From positions 896,001-960,000 of the forward strand of contig JBEPYO010000001.1 in assembly GCA_041641295.1 (NCBI GenBank): a DNA stretch of 64,000 bases. The letters are read 5' to 3'. This document shows, one piece after another, positions 1-9,478 of the stretch. A program made the position numbers and the translations under genes. Source of the DNA: Nitrososphaerota archaeon (GTDB lineage: Archaea > Thermoproteota > Nitrososphaeria_A > Caldarchaeales > Calditenuaceae). The notes beneath the pieces are model-generated. The model was not told the DNA's origin. It was given only the letters and a program-made list of their open reading frames with translations, and made no database searches. How positions within the stretch are numbered: the stretch's first letter is position 1; each line of letters opens with the position of its first letter.

Positions 1-1
1 G

Positions 2-604
2 AAGTATGAGATAGCCCTCAAGACGAATAGGGATAAGGTGAAGGGTGGGCTGAGGGAGGCTCTGGTGGGAGCTGACGTGCTCATAGCTGCGTCAACCCCG
101 GGGCCGGGAGTTGTTAAGCCCGAGGATGTGGAGTTGATGGAGAAGGACGCGATAGTCTTTGCCCTCGCAAACCCTGTGCCCGAGATATGGCCTTGGGAGG
201 CCAAGAGGGCTGGAGCCGCCATAGTCGCTACTGGGAGAAGCGACCTCCCAAACCAGGTGAACAACAGCCTGATATTCCCCTCAGTCTTCCGAGGAGCCCT
301 CGACTGCAGTGCCCGCCGAATCTCCTATGAAGCGATGATCCGGGGGGCGGAGGAGCTTGCGCGATGTGCAGAAGAGAAGGGTCTCTCACCCGACTACATT
401 ATACCGACTATGGAGGAGTGGACGGTCTATCCGAGGGTGGCGGCCGCTGTCGCGCAAACCCTGTCGAGACAGGGGCTTGCCCGTCGAAAGATTAGCTATG
501 AGGAGGAGCTTGAGCGGGCGAGTGAGATAATATCGAGGTCTAGGCGGATTCTCAGCGCGCTGGTCGATTCGAGGATTGTGGAGGTTCCGGCCTCCGAGGG
601 TTAG
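2..604 (+). CDS. NAD(P)-dependent malic enzyme, C-terminal part (5' end lies outside the window)
   Basis: Frame is open from base 2. Motifs FALANPVPEI, ATGRSDLPNQVNNSLIFP and YIIPT are typical of the malic enzyme NAD(P)-binding domain. Confidence 0.9.
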   Translation, partial: KYEIALKTNRDKVKGGLREALVGADVLIAASTPGPGVVKPEDVELMEKDAIVFALANPVPEIWPWEAKRAGAAIVATGRSDLPNQVNNSLIFPSVFRGALDCSARRISYEAMIRGAEELARCAEEKGLSPDYIIPTMEEWTVYPRVAAAVAQTLSRQGLARRKISYEEELERASEIISRSRRILSALVDSRIVEVPASEG

Positions 605-631
605 TCGGGGGAGACTGGTTAAGGAGATATA

Positions 632-1078
632 TTGTGGCTTCGTGATGAATGGCTGGTGGCTAGGGTTAGTCTTAGCAGGCTTGAGGCAGTCTACCTCGTC
701 GAGCTCCATAAAATGGCTGATGGGGGGCGTACTGGGACTAGCGCTCTTGCTGCTAGGTTTGGTGTAAGGGAGGCGAGTGTGGTGGATGTGGTTAAGAGGC
801 TTGAGGAGAAGGGACTGGTTGTGAGGGAGCCGTGGAGGTCGATATCTCTGACTAGGCGGGGAGAGTCTCTAGCCGAGCAGCTCATACACAACCACCGCGT
901 CATAGAGACATATTTCCACAGGGTCCTCAACCTCCCAGCCCAGCTCGCATGTAGCGAGGCCCAGAAACTCGACAGCATCTTGAGTTGGAGGACAATAGCC
1001 TCGATGTGCCGCGCCCTAAACCACCCAAAAACATGCATACACGGCGAAGAGATAAAACACTATAAGCGGTGTAGGTAG
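632..1078 (+). CDS. DtxR/MntR-family metal-dependent transcriptional regulator
   Basis: wHTH (ASVVDVVKRLEEKGLV...ISLTRRG), dimerisation region HRVIETYF...ACSEA, and C-terminal PKTCIHGEEI. True start may be a few codons downstream. Confidence 0.85.
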   Translation: MWLRDEWLVARVSLSRLEAVYLVELHKMADGGRTGTSALAARFGVREASVVDVVKRLEEKGLVVREPWRSISLTRRGESLAEQLIHNHRVIETYFHRVLNLPAQLACSEAQKLDSILSWRTIASMCRALNHPKTCIHGEEIKHYKRCR

Positions 1079-1084
1079 AGCCGA

Positions 1085-2137
1085 CTATTGTACCACCTTT
1101 CTGAGGCGGCGAGGCCTGTCAGGGTCAAGCCCCTTCTCCAGCGCAGTATAATAGGCGAGGAGCTGGAATGGGACAACCTCGACCGCCGTCGCAAACACAT
1201 GGGCTATCTTCGGAAGAGAAAGGTCGGCACCCAGCCCCCCACCCTCATGAGAGAGCATCAAGGTCTGTGAATCCGCCGACACAGCCTCGGCGGCCACCTT
1301 CTCGAAGACCTCCAAATAGTCGCCGGGCTCCGGCGGTGCTATGAATATGCAGGCGGCATCGCTGTCGAGTAGGGAGATGGGGCCGTGCCTGAACTCGCCT
1401 ATTGAGTAGGCCTCCGCATGTATTCCGCAGGTCTCCTTAAGTTTGAGCGATGCCTCGAGGGCCGCTATGTAGGAGGGGCCGTAGCCGAGGATAAAAGCGT
1501 GCCTAACATTCGCCAGCCTCTTGGCCTGCCTCTGCATAAGCCCTTCGGAGCGGTCTATTGTCTGTTCTAGGAGGATGGGAAGCATGGTCAAGTCCTCCCT
1601 AACCGAGCCCGTCCTCCCCGCTCCATGCTTGGCAGAGGCTAGGCCGAGGGCGAGGGAATAGACCGCCGCCAGCTGGGCCATGAAGCTCTTAGTTGCCGGA
1701 ACAGCCCTCTCCACCCCACACCTAGCCTCTACAACGTAGCGGGCCAGAGACCCAAGCGTGCTAGCCGGAACACTCGTCAAAGCTAGAACGTCAACATTCT
1801 TCGACGAGGCGAGCCTAGCGGCTCTAACCGTATCCACGGACTCGCCTGACTGCGAGATGGCAACTAGGAGGTGATCCCTCTGGAGAAAGTTGTGGATGTG
1901 CTCCGAATACTCTGAGGCCTGGACCGAGTAGGCCTCAATTCCTGCGAGCCTCGAGGCGGCGTAGCTGAGGCAGAGGCCTGCGTGATGTGAAGAACCACTA
2001 CTGCATGTTACGAGACACCTATACCTTGAACTTATCTCGCCCCAGAGACCATCTATCGCGCTGAGAGCCTCAAGTGTCTCACGAAAGACAGCAGGCCCCT
2101 CGCGGATCTCTCGTATCATGTGGTGGCTGGCCGTCAA
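1085..2137 (-). CDS. Double SIS-domain sugar-phosphate isomerase/deaminase (GlmS isomerase-like, no glutaminase domain; GlmD/FrlB-like)
   Basis: SGSSHHA, ISQSGESVD, ATKSF, LKLKET, EFRHGP and C-terminal GLDPDRPRRLRKVV. No N-terminal Cys GATase domain. Confidence 0.85.
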   Translation of the reverse strand: MTASHHMIREIREGPAVFRETLEALSAIDGLWGEISSRYRCLVTCSSGSSHHAGLCLSYAASRLAGIEAYSVQASEYSEHIHNFLQRDHLLVAISQSGESVDTVRAARLASSKNVDVLALTSVPASTLGSLARYVVEARCGVERAVPATKSFMAQLAAVYSLALGLASAKHGAGRTGSVREDLTMLPILLEQTIDRSEGLMQRQAKRLANVRHAFILGYGPSYIAALEASLKLKETCGIHAEAYSIGEFRHGPISLLDSDAACIFIAPPEPGDYLEVFEKVAAEAVSADSQTLMLSHEGGGLGADLSLPKIAHVFATAVEVVPFQLLAYYTALEKGLDPDRPRRLRKVVQ

Positions 2138-2184
2138 CCCCTCCTCACTACCAGCGCCTCACCCTGCCCTTAAAGGGTTGTTGG

Positions 2185-3309
2185 TCATCGCCGCGTCTTC
2201 CGGAACTTCTCGAGGTCCTCCTCTCTAATCGATATGCCGAGTCCGGGCCTTGTGGGAGGCTCGAACTCCCCATTAGAGTGTTTAATCGCATCTCCAGCCA
2301 ACGCCTCCCTGAGCGGATTAGGCCTGAGGTGGAACTCGATGATTGGCGAGTCGATTGTGAGGGCCGTGTGAAGGCTTGCGACGAATCCTATCCCACCCGC
2401 CGAGTAGTGGGGTATCAGCGGGAGACCATAGCTCCTCGCGAGAACACCTATCCTCAACATCTCCGTTATCCCACCATTCCAGGCCGCGTCAGCTTGGACA
2501 ATATCGACGGCATATCTCGAGATAAGCTCCCTGAACTCGTGTATCGTGAAGGCGGTCTCGTAGCCTGCTATCGGCACGTCCAGCTGCGCCGCTAGCCTCG
2601 CACTTAGCTCGGGATAATCAGTGGATATCGGCTCCTCGAAGAAAAGTATACCCAGCTTCTCCAATCCCCTCCCCATCCTCAAGGCCTGGTTGAAGTCGTA
2701 GACATTGTTGGCGTCCACCGCGATCCCCAGCCCCTCGCCGAATCTTTCCCTCAGAGCTGAGAGGCGTTTAAGGTCTTCCTCGATGCTGAGGCCACCCACC
2801 TTAATCTTGACGGTCTTGAAGCCGCTTCTAACATATCCCTCAACCTCCTCAATAAGCCTTGGAATATCCTTGTCAGGCCTGTAGTATCCTCCCGTTATGT
2901 ATCCCTTCATCTTTCTAGAGTTACCGCCGAGAAGCCTGTGAATCGGCGCCCCGAACTCCTTCCCCGCCAAGTCCCAGAGGGCTATGTCAACCCCACTCAT
3001 CGCCGAGACCACTATCCCCCTCCTCCCAAGCCTGAAGGTGGCCTTGTACATCTTGTCCCAGAGATACCAGATGTTCGTCGACTCCTCACCCCTAACTATC
3101 CGGCTCAAAACACTGTTGACAGTAACCGCCACACTCTCGGGAGAGCCATAGCCTATCGCCTCGCCGAAACCCACACCCCCATCAGAGGTCTCAACGCGTA
3201 CGAGGCAAACCTCCATCGGATGCTCAGCACCACCGACGACCGCCAGAGCATCCCTCTCATAAAACTCCGTAAACTCCAAAACCTCACAACCCACACTAGC
3301 GATCTTCAA
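2185..3309 (-). CDS. araD: Mandelate racemase/enolase-superfamily sugar-acid dehydratase resembling Sulfolobales D-arabinonate dehydratase
   Basis: ERDALA..AEHPME, LWDKMYKAT.R.GRRG, YITGGYY, KIKVG, VDANN, FFEEPI, IAGYET and LIPHYSAGGI match my recollection of Sulfolobus AraD. Substrate is inferred. Confidence 0.75.
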   Translation of the reverse strand: MKIASVGCEVLEFTEFYERDALAVVGGAEHPMEVCLVRVETSDGGVGFGEAIGYGSPESVAVTVNSVLSRIVRGEESTNIWYLWDKMYKATFRLGRRGIVVSAMSGVDIALWDLAGKEFGAPIHRLLGGNSRKMKGYITGGYYRPDKDIPRLIEEVEGYVRSGFKTVKIKVGGLSIEEDLKRLSALRERFGEGLGIAVDANNVYDFNQALRMGRGLEKLGILFFEEPISTDYPELSARLAAQLDVPIAGYETAFTIHEFRELISRYAVDIVQADAAWNGGITEMLRIGVLARSYGLPLIPHYSAGGIGFVASLHTALTIDSPIIEFHLRPNPLREALAGDAIKHSNGEFEPPTRPGLGISIREEDLEKFRKTRR

Positions 3310-3529
3310 GACAAAGAGAGAGGTAGCACAGAGAAATTAAACATTTTCACAATCGAGTGTAACAAGCTGGTGTGTGCTTAATCCGCGTAATCAGAAGGGG
3401 TAAGAAACTTCAACATATTCTACCAGATGATAAGAACAAGAGGTGGCAGCTAGCCATGCTTAGCCAGACACTATCGGCGGTACTTAGGAAAGGCTTAAAT
3501 AGGTTAAACCTCCTCCTAATGCGATAAAC

Positions 3530-4198
3530 ATGAAGTTATCAACAGCCTCAAGCCTGCTCGTAGCCTTATTACTCCTATTCGCCCTCACTACAGCATCTGT
3601 CCAAGCCGCAACATCTAGCATAGACCTGATAGGCAGGTGGAGCACCCCCAAAGCGCTCACTTTCAAAATTGTGGCGAAGGGTGGTGTACCACAGTCAACC
3701 ATCGATGCAGCAGTAAATGTCATAACTAGCACGCTAAGCGGATACCAGCAAGTAGGTGATGGGAGATTCGGCTATTTGGGTGTGAAAGGTGCTTTGGATG
3801 CAGTCGGTGGTGGCATTTCAGTAGGTGATATTGTTACAGGCAAAACACAAGCCGACATCATCGTGGAGCTCAAAAACGGCGCTGGCTCTGTCTTGGGTCA
3901 AGCCTTCCTAAAAAGGGATAGGGTCAACTCCTTCGTAATAGTGGGCTGCACAGTGAGGATGAGTGGAAACTTGGTTTTCGGCAGCCCGCAAGAGGTTGAT
4001 TTCTTCAAAACAGTCCTAAGACATGAGCTGATACACTGCCTAGGCCTCGGCCACGCGAATGATTCCAATGACCTCATGTACGGAACCCTCAACGCCTATC
4101 CTAAGCTCATCTCAGAATGCTTGGATGTGGAAGCTCTGAAGGCGCTTTATGTCGGCGGAGTAAGTTCCCCCCAGACGATAAATTCTAGCTGTCCGTAG
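3530..4198 (+). CDS. Secreted matrixin-like (metzincin) zinc metalloprotease
   Basis: N-terminal signal peptide (ASVQA), zinc motif HELIHCLGLGH and Met-turn DLMYG. Confidence 0.85.
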   Translation: MKLSTASSLLVALLLLFALTTASVQAATSSIDLIGRWSTPKALTFKIVAKGGVPQSTIDAAVNVITSTLSGYQQVGDGRFGYLGVKGALDAVGGGISVGDIVTGKTQADIIVELKNGAGSVLGQAFLKRDRVNSFVIVGCTVRMSGNLVFGSPQEVDFFKTVLRHELIHCLGLGHANDSNDLMYGTLNAYPKLISECLDVEALKALYVGGVSSPQTINSSCP

Positions 4199-4299
4199 GT
4201 ATCGGCTCGCTTAGCCCTGTCTCCATATTAATGATGTTTGAGCAACCCATTTTTAGGTACCCTAGTGTAGTTTAATACAATAACTGACATCATAATACC

Positions 4300-4725
4300 A
4301 TGACTGACAATATATCAGCTAGTGAAATGGAAAGAGCTGTACGTAAAGTGAAAGATTCGTTCAACCGTGGCGACCTGAGTGTGATAGATGAAATCTATGA
4401 CAAGGAGTTTGTCTATCATGGTAGTGGTGAGACGGCTCATTTGACGAGAGATGGGTGGACACAATTTGTCCGTGGAATGTTGACAGCTTTTCCAGACATG
4501 CATATACAACTGGATGAGTTCTTCACCTCGGGTGATAGGCTATGCTATCGTATAACAATATCTGGAACACATAAAGGTGAGCTGTTAGGGCTGCCTCCTA
4601 CAAACAGGAAGGTATCTATAAGGGCTATTGGCATCATGAAGTTTAGAGATGGGAAGATTATAGAACAGTGGGACGTCGCAGATGATCTGGGGATGCTACG
4701 CCAAGTCGGCGCAATACAAGACTAG
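4300..4725 (+). CDS. SnoaL-like ester cyclase (NTF2 fold)
   Basis: AFPDMHI, SGDR, GTHKGELLGLPPTNRKV, FRDGKIIEQW and D.LGMLRQVG. Confidence 0.9.
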   Translation: MTDNISASEMERAVRKVKDSFNRGDLSVIDEIYDKEFVYHGSGETAHLTRDGWTQFVRGMLTAFPDMHIQLDEFFTSGDRLCYRITISGTHKGELLGLPPTNRKVSIRAIGIMKFRDGKIIEQWDVADDLGMLRQVGAIQD

Positions 4726-5039
4726 CTCCCACCAATTATTCCGTCCAGCCGAATCTATCTTGACAAGCTATCCGCCGCACAGATCCAAAGAAGGCTGCTG
4801 AGAGAACCTACCAGCTGGCCCTGACAGTAGCGGAGACAGAATAATTCGCCCCACGCGGCGATATACAGTCGAGATAGAAGGTTTTACGACATGTAAATAC
4901 TCTTGGAAGATTTGTGGCTCCTCAAACACCAGCTATCGACATAAAACCCTACAAGCCCTGCTATCCCCCCGCCAGCCAGCAGGTCCGAGTTATCCAAAAA
5001 TACCCCCAACCCCCACCAATCTACGCGGGAGACAGGGAC

Positions 5040-5114
5040 GCTCCGGTAGTATAGCCCGGTCAAGTATGCGGGCCTCTCGAGCCCGAGACCCGGGTTCAAA
5101 TCCCGGCCGGAGCA
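5040..5114 (+). tRNA. tRNA-Glu (anticodon CTC), intron-less, CCA not encoded
   Basis: Acceptor stem GCTCCGG/CCGGAGC+A, anticodon arm CGGGC-CT-CTC-GA-GCCCG, T-arm CCGGG-TTCAAAT-CCCGG. Confidence 0.97.
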
Positions 5115-5204
5115 TACCTCCTGATTCTCATCGTTTGGCGATTTTTGCATTGCTTACGGTCTATTGGACAATACTTAACTAGGAGGCTGTAGCTTGGTTG
5201 GGAT

Positions 5205-6086
5205 ATGTGTAGGATGGTTGCGCTGAGTTTTCGCAGCGAGGCATCCGGGATTGCACTGGATGTTCTCGGACATCTCGTGGAGGCTTCGCGGAGCGATCCT
5301 TATCTACGGGAGATTGCCGGTGATGGCAGGCACTGTCACGGCTACGGATACGTTGCTGCTCTCAGGAGGAGGGGCCTCTGGAGAGTTGTGTATGAGAGGT
5401 TTGACGCTGAGCCCTCCCTGAGCGGCGAGGAGGCATGCGAAGCTAACCTCGAGGCGCTAGGCGACTGTGTTAAGCGGCTCTCACACATGATTGGCAACGT
5501 GGAGGAGGCGATGGTGATGGTTCACTCTAGGAGGACGCGGGGCGAGCCACGTGGAGTGCCGGCAGCACACCCCTTCAGAGAGGAGCTAATAATAACGGCT
5601 GAGGGAGGCCCCGAACTAGCCGAGCTCTACCTCTCACACAACGGAGGCGTCAAGAAGGAAGTTCTGGCAGCACACCTAGGCATCGAAAACTACAGGCTCT
5701 ACACAGACTCACACCTCTATCTCAAATACTTGGCAAAACACCTCGAGGGCGCCAGATACGAGGAGACACCTCAACTAATCGCCCGGATAGTCTCAGAGTC
5801 CAAACCACTCACAAAATCCGCACTAGACCTCTGCATACTACTATACTCGCCAACCAAAGGCCCCATGCTTGCCGCAGCATCATACGTTGCAGAGAAGAAT
5901 GACGAAAAACGCTGGCGATACTACGAGCCCGTACTCATAGAGTCCAAGGGCATCACAGGATATGTCTCAAGCACAGTAAGAGACCTAATGAGAGACAGAG
6001 AGCCCGCGACGAGGTTCATGGATGGCAGAGACGGCTTCGTCGCCGTCCTGAACCCAAACATGTTGCAGATAATAGATTTGCAGTAG
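5205..6086 (+). CDS. Class II glutamine amidotransferase-like Ntn hydrolase (YafJ/EgtC-like)
   Basis: N-terminal MCRM (nucleophilic Cys2), H.HGYG, HSRR, HPF, HNG and TDS motifs. Confidence 0.8.
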   Translation: MCRMVALSFRSEASGIALDVLGHLVEASRSDPYLREIAGDGRHCHGYGYVAALRRRGLWRVVYERFDAEPSLSGEEACEANLEALGDCVKRLSHMIGNVEEAMVMVHSRRTRGEPRGVPAAHPFREELIITAEGGPELAELYLSHNGGVKKEVLAAHLGIENYRLYTDSHLYLKYLAKHLEGARYEETPQLIARIVSESKPLTKSALDLCILLYSPTKGPMLAAASYVAEKNDEKRWRYYEPVLIESKGITGYVSSTVRDLMRDREPATRFMDGRDGFVAVLNPNMLQIIDLQ

Positions 6087-6152
6087 GCATTTTTGGGTTT
6101 TGTGTGGGGGAATATTTAGGTAGCGGCTATTTTGTTGGCTTGGTAAAGGCGG

Positions 6153-7280
6153 GTGGTGTTGTCGAGGGGTCTTCGCGTTGTTTTGATGTTGGGTGTCGTA
6201 AGCCTTCTCGGCGATTTTGTCTATGAGGGTGGGCGGTCTGTATTGCCCGATTATATGAGGCAGCTGGGGATGAGTGCCCTCTTGGTTGGGAGCGTTTTGG
6301 GGTTTGCCGAGCTTGCGGGCTGGCTGGCAAGGCCGCTGGGAGGCCTAGTCGCCGATAGGACGGGGAGGTTCAGCGCCATAGTCAGGGTGGGGTATGCGGG
6401 TGTGATCGTTGTGCCATTGATGGCATTCGCCCGCGACTGGCTGGTACTCGCGCTCTTAGTCTTTGCTGAGCGCATGCTTCGGGGATTGAGGGTGCCTGCG
6501 AGGGATGCTATGCTGGCTAGGATGAGGGGGAGTGTGGGTCTTGGGACTGCGTTCGGGCTTCACGAGCTCCTCGACCAGTTTGGCGCCACTGCGGGGCCGC
6601 TGCTCGCGGCGTTAGTTCTAGTCCTCTACAGGGATACGGGGCTCGCCCTCCTATCCCTGCTCATCCCATACCTCTTCCTGCTAATCGCCCTTCTAAGAGT
6701 CCCAGAATATTCTGAGCCGCCCCAAAAGCTGTCCCACGCTAAGCCGACCAGGCAGGTATACCTCTTCTCACTTGTTGTGGGGCTGAACGCGGCAGGCCTC
6801 CTCCCCCTACCCATAATCCTGTACCTCGTCTCGCTCAGCGTGGATCAGGGCTCTTGGCTGGTCCCATTAACCTATACCCTCGCAATGATTGTTGACGCCG
6901 TCGCGGCAATGGTGCTGGGAAGAATCTTTGACAGGGCTGGACCCCGGGTCTTGGCCTCCATACTGGTCCTTGCCGTGACACCATGCCTTTTTGTCGGGGG
7001 GAGGATTGACCTTCTGCTGCTGGCTGCGGGGCTGGTTGGGGTTGTAGTCGGAGCGCAGGAGTCGGTCTTCAGGGCGATGGTGGCGCGCCTCGCGGTAGCG
7101 GGCGGTATAGGCGGCTCCTACGCGGTCTACGGCCTCGCAATAGGCGCGGGGAGCGCCGCAGCAGGCTTCACGTATGGATTGATGGTGGACTTGGGCCTCG
7201 GCCTCCCCTACCTCCTCGCATATTCCATAGCCGCAGAGGCCCTAGCACTCATAATATTCGCCAAGGCGATAAGCTCGTAA
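6153..7280 (+). CDS. MFS transporter
   Basis: About 12 hydrophobic segments, motif A GLVADRTGR and GRIFDRAG, R.PARDAML, G.AFGLHE.LDQ.GA..GP. Confidence 0.9.
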   Translation: MVLSRGLRVVLMLGVVSLLGDFVYEGGRSVLPDYMRQLGMSALLVGSVLGFAELAGWLARPLGGLVADRTGRFSAIVRVGYAGVIVVPLMAFARDWLVLALLVFAERMLRGLRVPARDAMLARMRGSVGLGTAFGLHELLDQFGATAGPLLAALVLVLYRDTGLALLSLLIPYLFLLIALLRVPEYSEPPQKLSHAKPTRQVYLFSLVVGLNAAGLLPLPIILYLVSLSVDQGSWLVPLTYTLAMIVDAVAAMVLGRIFDRAGPRVLASILVLAVTPCLFVGGRIDLLLLAAGLVGVVVGAQESVFRAMVARLAVAGGIGGSYAVYGLAIGAGSAAAGFTYGLMVDLGLGLPYLLAYSIAAEALALIIFAKAISS

Positions 7281-7284
7281 TCTC

Positions 7285-7357
7285 TGGGGCCGGCCGGATT
7301 CGAACCGGCGACCTCCGCCGTGTAAGGGCGGCGTCATGGCCGCTAGACCACGGCCCC
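7285..7357 (-). tRNA. tRNA-Val (anticodon TAC), intron-less, CCA not encoded
   Basis: Reverse complement GGGGCCGTGGTCTAGCGGCCATGACGCCGCCCTTACACGGCGGAGGTCGCCGGTTCGAATCCGGCCGGCCCCA; anticodon arm CCGCC-CT-TAC-AC-GGCGG. Confidence 0.97.
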
Positions 7358-7383
7358 TATCTATGCCAGTCTCCCGCGGCGAA

Positions 7384-7944
7384 TTAATTAATCTCTTCTC
7401 GAGGGTCTTCCTTCTTTCTCAGTTTTCCGAGCCTGCTTGGCTTTATGGTGATTTTTGCGTCTGGGTAGATTATGGTTAGTTCCTTTCCTTGGTGTATCCG
7501 GTCTAGGGCTATTGCGAGGGCGGCTATCTCGCTGTGTGGCTGGTTAGTGACTGCGACGTTGATGTCTGCGAGCTCGTAGACCTCGATGGGCACCTTGGAG
7601 GAGCCGACAACCAGTACGATGCCCCGAGTGGCGTAGGCCTCTCGAAGCTCCTCTTCCACATCCTGGATGCCGATTCCGTACATTGTGAGGTGGGCTATGT
7701 ATTCGCCCTGAGCCTTCCTCTCTGCTAGGAATTTTCTCCAGTCTGGTGTGTAGCTGGCCTTGAAGCCTCCTCCCCACCTCTCGACGACCTTGGATATGCT
7801 CTCTAGGAGTGCGGGGTCATGTTCTCCGGCGAATACTACCTCGTCAGCCCCCAGTGCCCTTGCTGTGAGGGCGACATGGCTCGAGACCCTCTGGTCCCTC
7901 ACAATTCTATGACCCAGCCTTAGGACTGTTATCCTCCGGGCCAA
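7384..7944 (-). CDS. trm56: tRNA (cytidine56-2'-O)-methyltransferase aTrm56 (SPOUT)
   Basis: VLRLGHR..RD.RVSSHVALTARALGA, HLTMYG, VVGSSKVP and NQPHSEIAALA. Confidence 0.95.
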   Translation of the reverse strand: MARRITVLRLGHRIVRDQRVSSHVALTARALGADEVVFAGEHDPALLESISKVVERWGGGFKASYTPDWRKFLAERKAQGEYIAHLTMYGIGIQDVEEELREAYATRGIVLVVGSSKVPIEVYELADINVAVTNQPHSEIAALAIALDRIHQGKELTIIYPDAKITIKPSRLGKLRKKEDPREEIN

Positions 7945-7948
7945 CCCG

Positions 7949-8455
7949 TCACTCTAGGAGCTTGTTTATCTCTGCCAGCGTATCGTCGACTGCTTTGAGG
8001 AGTTTGGAGTGGTCGTAGACCATTAATTTGCCTCCGCAGCTTGGGCATTTGAAGAATTTGTCGAGGGCCTCGTCGAAGGTGTATTTTCTGCATCCTTCGC
8101 TTCCGCACCAGTAGAGCTGGTTGGACTCGTAGTGTTTCTTCAGAATCTGGAGCCTCTCTGCAATCCTCTTTAACTGTGTTTTTACAACCCCTTGGACCTG
8201 CTCCTGCTGAAGCCTCCAGCGGAAGACCCTCTTGTTCAACTCCTTGTCAACTACTATGTCGTAGGCGACGAGTGAGAACTCGCTGAGCTGGTGTAGGAGC
8301 TTTCTAACCCTCTTCACGTCCATCTGCAGCGCTGCTGCAAGCTCATCCTCCCTCATCCCAGGCTTCGCCAAGAGTAGTTTGGCTAGCTCCTCCGCCTCCA
8401 CACCACCTATAAGCCTGAAGACTGATAACAGCCCCTCCGTATCGATGTAAAACAT
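7949..8455 (-). CDS. tfe: Transcription factor E (TFIIE-alpha homologue)
   Basis: wHTH (EDELA...VRKLLHQL) followed by a Zn ribbon (C...C..YTFDEA...FKCPSCGGKL). Lies next to trm56, a common archaeal linkage. Confidence 0.9.
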   Translation of the reverse strand: MFYIDTEGLLSVFRLIGGVEAEELAKLLLAKPGMREDELAAALQMDVKRVRKLLHQLSEFSLVAYDIVVDKELNKRVFRWRLQQEQVQGVVKTQLKRIAERLQILKKHYESNQLYWCGSEGCRKYTFDEALDKFFKCPSCGGKLMVYDHSKLLKAVDDTLAEINKLLE

Positions 8456-8539
8456 TCGATGCCTCCTGTATACAGAAGGCGACGGCCTGAATTATATCTA
8501 TCTCTGACAACCTAATCAAGGTTAGGTGTTGTAGGGGAG

Positions 8540-9478
8540 TTGGCTGGTATATTGGCGGCGGAGGCGAGGAGTGTGCGATACTCTGTGGGCGGGGCGGAGA
8601 TTCTCGTCGATGTAAGCCTAATGGTGTTTAAGGGTGAGGTTACGGCGCTTCTCGGGGGCTCGGAGGGTGAGGCGCTGCTGGGCCTATGGGCTGGGATTTG
8701 GCAGCCTGTAGGCGGAGGTGTCATGGCTCTGGGCCTCGACCCGTACCGAGCGGTGGGAGAAGTTGCCCGGCGGATAGGCTATCTGCCCCCCGAGCCTTGG
8801 CTGCCGCCGGAGCTGAAGCCTGAGGTAGTAGCTGGGCTCGTTGGAAGGGGTCGTGGATTGGTTCCCCGCGAGGCTGTGGAGCGTCTGAGGAATCTTCTCA
8901 AGCGTCTGGGGAAGGAGGGTGTGATGGGGCGTAGGATTGGGCGGCTCACTGCAGAGGAGAGGCAGGCCGTGGCGGTGGCCCTAACTATGCTCCACGACCC
9001 TGAACTACTGCTCCTCTCAAACCCGTTGAGGATGCTGGGGCCCCTTGCGAGGCTTGAACTCGCATCACTTTTGAGGGAGTATGTAGAGCCGGGGCGGGCT
9101 GCTGTCTTGACTGTGGATTCTGTGGAGGAGGCTGGCTTCGCGGATAGGCTTGTTGTCTTCCGGGAGGGGAGGATAGCTGCTGCCGGGCCTCTTGACGAGC
9201 TCTCCAAGACGATAGGCGCTGAGAACTACCTGGTTATCCAAGCCATAAACACTCAGCGGGCCGTTGACTATCTTGGGAAGATGCCTCAGGTTAAGAGGTT
9301 CTCCGTCGCTAGGGACGGCTCGATAAAGGTGTGGCTGCGAGAGTTTGAATCCGACCTGCCCCTGGTACTAGACCTCCTGCTTTCACTAGGGCTGGGCGTG
9401 AAGCTAGTTGATGTGAGGAGGGTTGAGTATCACGTTGCCCTCCTCAACTATCTCCGGAGGGGGGCTGGAGGTAGGTGA
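8540..9478 (+). CDS. ABC-2-type ATP-binding domain protein with degenerate catalytic motifs (probable pseudo-ATPase)
   Basis: Overall NBD layout (DVSLMV..GEV.ALLG, RIGYLP, HDPELLLL, ADRLVVF.EGRIAA.G), but Walker A, Q-loop, signature, Walker B, D-loop and H-loop are all substituted. Confidence 0.8.
   Translation: MAGILAAEARSVRYSVGGAEILVDVSLMVFKGEVTALLGGSEGEALLGLWAGIWQPVGGGVMALGLDPYRAVGEVARRIGYLPPEPWLPPELKPEVVAGLVGRGRGLVPREAVERLRNLLKRLGKEGVMGRRIGRLTAEERQAVAVALTMLHDPELLLLSNPLRMLGPLARLELASLLREYVEPGRAAVLTVDSVEEAGFADRLVVFREGRIAAAGPLDELSKTIGAENYLVIQAINTQRAVDYLGKMPQVKRFSVARDGSIKVWLREFESDLPLVLDLLLSLGLGVKLVDVRRVEYHVALLNYLRRGAGGR

Noticed and set aside
4884-5150. 88-aa minus-strand ORF
   Set aside because: Antisense shadow of tRNA-Glu; the peptide GRDLNPG...ERPAYLTGLYYRS is a typical tRNA reverse translation.
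5040-7357. Integrated element bounded by tRNA-Glu and tRNA-Val
   Set aside because: No duplicated tRNA 3' end and no integrase; the two enclosed genes have host-like composition.
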